Below, piece by piece: positions 57,407 to 64,000 of a DNA stretch of 64,000 nt. Numbering within the stretch: position 1 is the first letter of the stretch; the number at the start of each line of letters is the position of its first letter. This DNA comes from a virus. The notes beneath the pieces were generated by a model, which was not told the DNA's origin, did not search any database, and worked only from the letters and a program-made list of their open reading frames with translations. A program made the translations under genes and the position numbers. The stretch lies in the IMG/VR virus record IMGVR_UViG_3300006990_004842, positions 34,635 to 98,634 of that record; one strand, given 5' to 3'.

Positions 57407-57597
57407 GCTACTCTTATGCACTATTTTGAGAGTCCAAGTGCTGTTGACTCGCAAGTTGTGGCTTTGTTGTTTCTCTTCTGTTCAAACCTCCACGCAACAT
57501 GGGAAAATCAGAAGTTATTATTATTTGCTGTTTGCAGTACACTTAGGGAATTTACAGGACTATATCCAACCCAATTTACGAAATACCACTCGGGCAA

Positions 57598-57780
57598 TCA
57601 GCAACCGTGTGTCATGTGTTCGTATGCATCATTGCAATCTTCCAACTGCTTTCCGCAAACACATTCTTCACTTTCTTCTAGTGAAGGCGCACCAACTAAA
57701 CTACGAACTTGGTCTTCACGCAATTTCTTGCGTTCTGCGTCTGCCCAACCACTTTCTATGTGTAATCCAACTGGTCTCAT
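57598..57780 (-). CDS. Small Cys/His-containing hypothetical protein
   Basis: GAGG SD, CVCG...C...Y.HMT.G, promoter at 57801-57828. Confidence 0.65.
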   Translation of the reverse strand: MRPVGLHIESGWADAERKKLREDQVRSLVGAPSLEESEECVCGKQLEDCNDAYEHMTHGC

Positions 57781-57800
57781 ATATACCTCACTAAAACATT

Positions 57801-57828
57801 AGTATAGCATCAAAGATATGTTTGTCAA
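57801..57828 (-). promoter_or_regulatory. Early promoter
   Basis: AAAGG-TTGACA-N16-TATACT with extended -10 TG. Confidence 0.7.
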
Positions 57829-57832
57829 CCTT

Positions 57833-58327
57833 TTATTTCCATTGTGGGCCATATAGCCAAGTCACAAGGGATAATCTAGAACCTGTTTTTACAGGTGCAA
57901 CAGAATGAGGAAGGTAACTTGGAAATATTACAGCATCGCCTTTTTCTATTTCCATGACCTCTCCCATAATTTCTAATTCGCCGCCAGTGAAATCATCTGT
58001 AATAAGTATAGACATACTGAGCTTTCTTACATCATCTTGTGAGTAGTAAACGTCTTGGTGCAATCCATAATTGCCGGCGTCTTCTTCGCGATATAAAATT
58101 AGTTGACTCTCAAATTTGTTATTTGTATCTACATTGTTGTAGTATTCAAACAACGGTTTCACAACTGCTTCTACAAGTGAATTGCTTGTCATGCTTTCAG
58201 CCCAACATCTGCGTATTGTAGAAATAGACTCGTTGTTTATTTGAGCACGTTTCCAATCAATTGGTATTTCTATTATGTGATCTAAAAAACTTTGTGGTAC
58301 TGCGTTATGGACTACTATTGGTGTCAT
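57833..58327 (-). CDS. 2OG-Fe(II) oxygenase (PKHD/prolyl-hydroxylase-like)
   Basis: HQD, RKLS, GGEL, FPS..PH.V.PV..G.R.SLV.W. Confidence 0.85.
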   Translation of the reverse strand: MTPIVVHNAVPQSFLDHIIEIPIDWKRAQINNESISTIRRCWAESMTSNSLVEAVVKPLFEYYNNVDTNNKFESQLILYREEDAGNYGLHQDVYYSQDDVRKLSMSILITDDFTGGELEIMGEVMEIEKGDAVIFPSYLPHSVAPVKTGSRLSLVTWLYGPQWK

Positions 58328-58785
58328 TCTATTACAATATCTTCCATACCAGCAGTTCTCAGTCTAGTAATGTGACCAATTTGCCATTGCTTGGTATCTA
58401 ACCCCTTCATTATTCCAAGATATTGGTTTCTTAAAAGGGCGTATTGGTTTGATAGGTGGGTTAGAGTTATAACAGAATCTTCACCATCAACAAACTTTTC
58501 AGCATCTCTACTGCTGAGTTGTCTATTGTAACTCTCTAGATATTTTCTAAAGACTTTACTGCGTTCTCTGCGTAACTCGATATTTAAGTGTTCTAGTATT
58601 GCTTCAATCTCTTGTAGTTGATTAAAACGATACTCAGTAATACCAGGTAGGGCAGAGCTGGATCTCTCCAGACTGCCCTTGATCCTGCATTCGTACCGGG
58701 CTTCTTGTAATTCATTCTCAAAGTATTGTATTGAATCAACAATACTACCTAGATCTTCAACTACTTTATTATACCAAGTACTCAT
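58324..58785 (-). CDS. uvsY: Recombination mediator UvsY-like
   Basis: K.....QI..IT.LR.AG C-terminus, size, and position downstream of uvsX. Confidence 0.7.
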   Translation of the reverse strand: MSTWYNKVVEDLGSIVDSIQYFENELQEARYECRIKGSLERSSSALPGITEYRFNQLQEIEAILEHLNIELRRERSKVFRKYLESYNRQLSSRDAEKFVDGEDSVITLTHLSNQYALLRNQYLGIMKGLDTKQWQIGHITRLRTAGMEDIVIE

Positions 58786-58791
58786 AGTTTT

Positions 58792-59034
58792 TTACCATTC
58801 TTCGCTATCTTCATCATCGAATTCGTCATCAAGTCCTTCATCATCATAATAACTTACTATAGCAGTTTTCATAACTTTGTCAAACTCATGTTTGTAAATT
58901 TCGATTTCGCTAATGTCAATAGACTCGTCAAATAGTCGTAGCATACTGTCTGCTACGTGTAGGCGATCCTTCGCGGAAATATGTGGTTTCACTAATTCCC
59001 ACGACTCGCTTAGAAGTGCAACTTCAGGACTCAT
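58792..59034 (-). CDS. Acidic hypothetical protein
   Basis: MSPEVALL... with an acidic tail. Confidence 0.65.
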   Translation of the reverse strand: MSPEVALLSESWELVKPHISAKDRLHVADSMLRLFDESIDISEIEIYKHEFDKVMKTAIVSYYDDEGLDDEFDDEDSEEW

Positions 59035-60133
59035 CGACTGTCTCCTCAGATAAATCATTATAAGTGTCTAGGTCATCATCAAGATCTACTGCTTCTTTTT
59101 GTGCAATAGGATTTTGACCCCACTCATCTATAATTACCTGAAGTTTGTCTCCTGTCCAGCCTTTTCTGAACTCCTTTATTTCTTCACCTGTTACTGGTGA
59201 GACATAAGAGAGTTTGTTGCCGACTTTTTCTACAATACCTTTTGATTCAAGCATTTCCAATAGGCCACTATATGGATCCATGCCTGTTTCATATGGTATT
59301 TTAATTTGAACGCCTTCAAACGGTTTGCTGTAACGTGACTTCATCACTTTACATGCGGCTCTAATACCTTGTACTGTTGATACTTTGTTGCCATCTAAAT
59401 CCTCTTTGAGTTTTAGTTTCTTCATTGCAACAACAATACTACTTGCGTATATAAAGCCCTGTCCACCACTGATTTTGTCATCTGGGTCAAACATGTCCTG
59501 TGATGCGTATGTGTGGTTAGTAGCGATCAATGCAATTGGAAAAGGAGCAATCTGGTTAACAGTGTTTCTAACCAAAGCAGTTAATGCCTTAGGTTTTCTA
59601 CCCATGTCACCTTTCATGTCACCTTTTTCAAATTGTGCTACATCAGTGGGTGTTAATAACATACCTAAACTGTCAATTACGAAAACAAGTTTAGGCATTT
59701 CATCGTATTCCAAGTCACCATAATTAGACTTGTAGTCTTTCATGAATTCCGAAATGGCTTTTGCTACATCGTCAATCATGGAAACTGAAATACGCAATAG
59801 TTTTTCTGGACTAGTATCAACATCGAGTGCTTGTAACCATTCTTCATCAAGAGCATTCTCTGAATCGAACAGTACAACCTGACAGCCCATTTCCTGGGCT
59901 GACTTTACAATGTTGCCTGAACAGATAAACGATTTACCAGAACCTGACTCACCTGCGAACACACTGACTTTTCCTAATGGAATGCCTTTATTGAAATCCT
60001 GAGATATCAAATAGTTTAGTGTGTAATTGCCAGTGCTGATCCAATCCTTAGGGTCGAAAAAGCCAGCACTAATGCCTGTGATGCTTTTAGTCAGTCCAGT
60101 TCTGAACTTAGTTAAGTCAAAAGGTTTCTGCAT
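59024..60133 (-). CDS. uvsX: RecA-like recombinase
   Basis: GESGSGKS, FDSE.A, VIDSL, NHTY, SGG. Confidence 0.9.
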   Translation of the reverse strand: MQKPFDLTKFRTGLTKSITGISAGFFDPKDWISTGNYTLNYLISQDFNKGIPLGKVSVFAGESGSGKSFICSGNIVKSAQEMGCQVVLFDSENALDEEWLQALDVDTSPEKLLRISVSMIDDVAKAISEFMKDYKSNYGDLEYDEMPKLVFVIDSLGMLLTPTDVAQFEKGDMKGDMGRKPKALTALVRNTVNQIAPFPIALIATNHTYASQDMFDPDDKISGGQGFIYASSIVVAMKKLKLKEDLDGNKVSTVQGIRAACKVMKSRYSKPFEGVQIKIPYETGMDPYSGLLEMLESKGIVEKVGNKLSYVSPVTGEEIKEFRKGWTGDKLQVIIDEWGQNPIAQKEAVDLDDDLDTYNDLSEETVDES

Positions 60134-60142
60134 GGTAACTCC

Positions 60143-61144
60143 TTAGTTCTGTCTAGAACGGATCATGCTGAGGATATCCTCTGCTGATTTTTTACCGGAA
60201 TCAACCTCTGCACTAGGTGCAGGTGCGACTTCAGCAACTGGTGCTGGAGCAGGCGTACTTGCAACTGTAGGTGCAACTGGTGCAGGTGCAACTGGTGCCG
60301 CTGGTGCTGGTGCTTGTTGAGCAGGAGCACTTGTAGCAGGTGTTGCTGTGCTTGGAACTTCTACGCCATATGGCTTGTAAAAGTTACCCCATTTTGCAGG
60401 ATCATAAAGATCGCCTTCGACACTTGCGTGGAACATTTCTGCAATGGCTTGGTAGCCTTCAGCAGTAGGTTGTGTAGGCAAGAAGTCTTTCAAGTTGAAC
60501 AATCCATGTTGATCAACTGCCGCAAGTTGCACTTCATCTAATGCACTCTCTTTACGAGCCCATTTTGAAGTACTATAATCAGCATACTGTCCTTTAGTAG
60601 TTTTAGTAATTCTAAAGTCAGTACCATTAACGTAATCAGTTGGAATGTTTTCCATATCTGGGTCCATTAATGATGCTTTAATAATGTTAAAGATCTGAGG
60701 TGAGATAACAAACCTTCTGATTGGATTCTCTGGTGATTCCTCAGCCAAAGGATTCTCAGTAACAAAGCCTTGGAAAATGTATGAACGTTTTTTCCAATAC
60801 TTTCTGCCCATGTCTTCAAGACTTGCATCTTTGAACCAAGGACGTACTTCAGTGAGAACAGGACATGTGTCACCATACATTTCACCGCATGGTACTTGTA
60901 CTGTTACAGGTTTATTTTCGCCACCAACAACACCTGGGAAGGTGAGTCGGATCATTTGTCGTTCTACCCAAAAGAACGCATTGTCAGTATCAGAGTCAGG
61001 TAAGAACCTCAGTGTTGCTGAAGTACCTTCATCGATATTCCAATGTGGGTAGATTGCTTTGTCGCTCTGTTGTGAGCTATTGGATCCAGGCTTGGATTCC
61101 ATTTGTGCTAGTTTCGCACGGATTTCATCTAATTTAGAAGCCAT
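60143..61144 (-). CDS. Single-stranded DNA-binding protein (gp32-like)
   Basis: LRFLP, C......CPV, D...G.DF, Y..S, Pro/Ala linker. Upstream of uvsX. Confidence 0.85.
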   Translation of the reverse strand: MASKLDEIRAKLAQMESKPGSNSSQQSDKAIYPHWNIDEGTSATLRFLPDSDTDNAFFWVERQMIRLTFPGVVGGENKPVTVQVPCGEMYGDTCPVLTEVRPWFKDASLEDMGRKYWKKRSYIFQGFVTENPLAEESPENPIRRFVISPQIFNIIKASLMDPDMENIPTDYVNGTDFRITKTTKGQYADYSTSKWARKESALDEVQLAAVDQHGLFNLKDFLPTQPTAEGYQAIAEMFHASVEGDLYDPAKWGNFYKPYGVEVPSTATPATSAPAQQAPAPAAPVAPAPVAPTVASTPAPAPVAEVAPAPSAEVDSGKKSAEDILSMIRSRQN

Positions 61145-61211
61145 AATGTTTTCTCCTTATATGTGCCATATTTGCCATGTTCGTAATACACAACATGTGT
61201 ATCACTATTCT

Positions 61212-61240
61212 ATTATAATGCCTAGATAGAAAAAAGTCAA
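61212..61240 (-). promoter_or_regulatory. Sigma70 promoter for the SSB-uvsX-uvsY operon
   Basis: AAAGG-TTGACT-N17-TATAAT. Additional CATAAATA late box at 61272-61279. Confidence 0.75.
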
Positions 61241-61280
61241 CCTTTTTGTTAAACTTTTTTTCTAACAATGTTATTTATGA

Positions 61281-61305
61281 AAAAACCCGCATAAAGCGGG
61301 TTTTT
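61281..61305. terminator. Bidirectional intrinsic terminator
   Basis: AAAAACCCGC-ATAAA-GCGGGTTTTT. Confidence 0.85.
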
Positions 61306-61330
61306 CTGGTTAGTTTAATAAGCCCAATAA

Positions 61331-62590
61331 TTATAGTATATCGAACTGTTCTAAAAACCGTTCGTATCTAGATTCTGCACTTTCTGCTACACTAGTTTTC
61401 ATACGAGGTTCGTTTGCACTTAATAAACAACTTTTGATAGTTGAATATTCAAATTGATTTAGCGATTGACCGCCGTGCAATTTCTTACTGATGCCGTTGA
61501 GATAGTTTCCTAACATGGCATCATTTGATGCTATGCTCATTTGACCTACTTGGTATCCTAATTTTGCATGTGGTGTAGTAAAATCCAAACTGTCATTTTC
61601 ACTAATCAAATCCTTCAGGCCACTAAAAGATTCTTTTGCGATTGCTTCTTGTATTCTACTTTCGAATGATTTTCTTCTTGCCATTGCATTCTTGATAGTA
61701 CCAACTACCCCAGATACTCTATCATCAAAATGAGTTTCAGTAAATTTGCTTTCTAAATCTATATCATCCTCTAAAATTTCTACAGAGTTGCGATGCTCTA
61801 CTTCGTTAACAGTACTTGCATAAGTTTTAGTACCTGCAAGTTTCTTAAACGTTCCTCTTATAGAAGATATATTTTCTAAAGCAATATTGACAAACTCTTC
61901 GTTAGTTTCATTAATTAAATTTGCTGATCTTACGTATCTAACAAACTCTTGTAACTTACGATATTCTCTTGCCATTTCAGTGATGTTTGTTCCGATTGCA
62001 TCAAAAGTTTCACCACCTTTTTGTATATGACGAGCCATTGCTCTTGCGGCTGATAAATTATTCTCTGACATCTTGAATCTTTCATCGCCACGTTGGATAA
62101 AGATGCTGTGAATATTTCTACTTCTAGCACCTCTGATTTCTTCATTGACTGGCTTTTTGTGTTTTACAACTATCTTAACATTATCAAGACCTTGATAACT
62201 TGTTTTGGAACTACCAGTCATTGTACCGAAACCTTCCATTACATCTGCCATATCTTTCTCCGATGACTGAACTATATCTATTTTTTCAGCCTTTGGTTTT
62301 ATAGTTTTATTAAAAATTCTAAAATCGAATGTTAATAAAAAATCATTTGCTATTTCTTTTAGACTTCCTCGTAAACTATCATGGTCTACTGAGTCGCCCA
62401 CTGCTAATGCAATTTCTTTTGTATTGGCATCTAGTCGTACTAGCAAATTTGGTTCTGCGACTGCAAATCTTGTTGCTTCTTGTGGATCAGTTACTAGTTC
62501 ACCGTTTTTGTTAAAACTTTTCACTACATATCCTTTACCTTTCAGTAAATTGAATATTTTTTCTGATACCACTTCTGTATTTACAGCCAT
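61331..62590 (-). CDS. Late hypothetical protein (possible head component)
   Basis: GATAAATA at 62609-62616, GGAG SD, many xxE sites. Follows the terminase. Confidence 0.55.
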   Translation of the reverse strand: MAVNTEVVSEKIFNLLKGKGYVVKSFNKNGELVTDPQEATRFAVAEPNLLVRLDANTKEIALAVGDSVDHDSLRGSLKEIANDFLLTFDFRIFNKTIKPKAEKIDIVQSSEKDMADVMEGFGTMTGSSKTSYQGLDNVKIVVKHKKPVNEEIRGARSRNIHSIFIQRGDERFKMSENNLSAARAMARHIQKGGETFDAIGTNITEMAREYRKLQEFVRYVRSANLINETNEEFVNIALENISSIRGTFKKLAGTKTYASTVNEVEHRNSVEILEDDIDLESKFTETHFDDRVSGVVGTIKNAMARRKSFESRIQEAIAKESFSGLKDLISENDSLDFTTPHAKLGYQVGQMSIASNDAMLGNYLNGISKKLHGGQSLNQFEYSTIKSCLLSANEPRMKTSVAESAESRYERFLEQFDIL

Positions 62591-62629
62591 TGAATTCTCC
62601 TTCAATACTATTTATCTTCTTGTATAGGT

Positions 62630-64000
62630 TTAGAGGTATGGCATGGGTTCATCATACTCGTCTTCGGGTATCATGATTTCTGCATTTGTGAGATTACTAT
62701 TGACTATGTTATATACTTCATCTTCAAAGGTTGATATATACGATATCATTCTCACGCCTAATAAGAATGACATAACCAGGTCATCGTGTTCTCCTGGTTT
62801 AGCACAAAAACTATTTCCTTTTGCAACAAAGTTTTTAAGTTCGCTAATTAATGCTTTACTGTTTAACTTAAACTTGTCTTGTTCTATAAAACGTTTTAAT
62901 TGTACACATGATTCTACTTTTGTTCTATGACTGGTATGGAAACCTTTGCGACCTTTCTGCCCTTGTATCTTCTTTGGTTCATGTAGCATGTCTCCTGGAA
63001 AACTTTCTTCGCCTGTGTCTCTGATCACTACCAGTGCCGCTTCACCAATACTATTATTCTCTACACTCCAATAAATTTGCTGTACTTGTAATTCTTTGAG
63101 ATATTGTAGTATCTCCATCATAGTACGCATTTGTCCTTCTACTGGAGTTCTGTTGTGTTGCCACTCAGCAATCTGTGTCATTGTGGGCAATTCTATTACT
63201 TGTATTGCACTGTAATCTCCACCTGTTCCTGCACTAGGATCTAAACTTACAACATAAGTGCAATTAGGATGTGGATGTTTATACCAACGAACTTGTCCCA
63301 TTTGACGTATAGGATCTATGCCATGTAAGTCAACCAATTTCAAAGGAGAAATTAATGTTTCATCATAGATAACAAATTCACAATCATGTTCACGTCTAAA
63401 ACGTTCAGTGCCAATACTGGACTTTTCTTGTAACGCCCAAGCCTCATCACGTTCTGGGTGTTCGTCCCATTTTGCTAAGAAAGGCTTAAAGCCATTAACA
63501 CCAACTTCTTGTTCATTGCCGTGTTCATCAAACATTTTATTTGCACCACGCCAAATAGTTGCAAACTGATCATCATCATTGTTTGGTGTTGATGTTACAA
63601 TAGCCTTACCACCTGTTGCTAGTGTGGGTGACAAGGAAGTCCAAAACTCTTTCGCAATAGTATTACGCACAAACGCAAACTCATCACAATATATAAGTGT
63701 TAAGGACATACCACGTCCAGTGTTTTCTGTTGTTGTACTACTAACAATACGTGAACCATTATCAAAGGTTATACTGCCTTTGTTGTATTCTGCAACACCT
63801 GCTCTTATATAATCGGGTACATTCTCATAAGCATAACGTATACGTTGCATGATTTCACTTGCACCTGCCGCTTTGTGTGCCGCAACTAATATTGTACTAT
63901 CAGGCTTAAACATAGCATACCACAGCAAGTATCCTGCGGCTACAGTAGTTTTACCCATCTGTCTACCCAGCATGTTTATACTGTATCTGTAATTATTATA
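62630..64000 (-). CDS. terL: Large terminase subunit (gp17-like), 5' partial
   Basis: RQMGKTT, GRG, YCDEFAF, STPN, LDP..G.G.DYS, HDDLV. Frame is open to the window edge. Confidence 0.93.
   Translation of the reverse strand, partial: YNNYRYSINMLGRQMGKTTVAAGYLLWYAMFKPDSTILVAAHKAAGASEIMQRIRYAYENVPDYIRAGVAEYNKGSITFDNGSRIVSSTTTENTGRGMSLTLIYCDEFAFVRNTIAKEFWTSLSPTLATGGKAIVTSTPNNDDDQFATIWRGANKMFDEHGNEQEVGVNGFKPFLAKWDEHPERDEAWALQEKSSIGTERFRREHDCEFVIYDETLISPLKLVDLHGIDPIRQMGQVRWYKHPHPNCTYVVSLDPSAGTGGDYSAIQVIELPTMTQIAEWQHNRTPVEGQMRTMMEILQYLKELQVQQIYWSVENNSIGEAALVVIRDTGEESFPGDMLHEPKKIQGQKGRKGFHTSHRTKVESCVQLKRFIEQDKFKLNSKALISELKNFVAKGNSFCAKPGEHDDLVMSFLLGVRMISYISTFEDEVYNIVNSNLTNAEIMIPEDEYDEPMPYL

Noticed and set aside
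57378-57597. Complete tmRNA or SAM-II/SAM-V riboswitch call
   Set aside because: No Ala acceptor stem, T-arm or CCA, and the pseudoknot loop lacks the SAM-II/V U-rich signature. Kept only as a candidate ncRNA.

Overview
This is a 64 kb, AT-rich fragment of a large T4-like (myovirus) phage genome, probably aquatic and infecting a Gram-negative host (inferred from a TonB-dependent receptor, lipoproteins and an E. coli-type NrdAB). Nearly all genes are on the minus strand and use the standard code. Core genes present: large terminase (partial), gp32-like SSB, UvsX, UvsY, UvsW, primase, gp41-like helicase, a probable clamp-loader small subunit, ThyX, NrdAB with glutaredoxin, a PAAR spike, exonucleases and 5 tRNAs. 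Two promoter classes are readable: sigma70-type (TTGACA/TTGACT-N16/17-TATAAT-like) and T4-late-type boxes (mostly GATAAATA), several of them apparently driving leaderless mRNAs. Strongest leads: (1) a compact metK - lipoprotein - apt - MTA/SAH nucleosidase block that forms a phage-encoded SAM synthesis and adenine-salvage loop, near a phage TonB-dependent receptor; (2) a ~19 kb late block whose proteins carry T4 internal-protein-like leaders and Glu-ended cleavage-like sites, which would release two-cysteine cationic peptides and enzymes (Cu/Zn SOD, ParB/Srx domains, a 2144-aa amidoligase plus nuclease polyprotein, a KxDG ligase-like enzyme); (3) a 191-aa minimal DnaE-like polymerase core that keeps all catalytic aspartates; (4) a hairpin that would sequester an RBS and overlaps a late promoter. 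All calls come from motif recognition by eye; no database searches were run.
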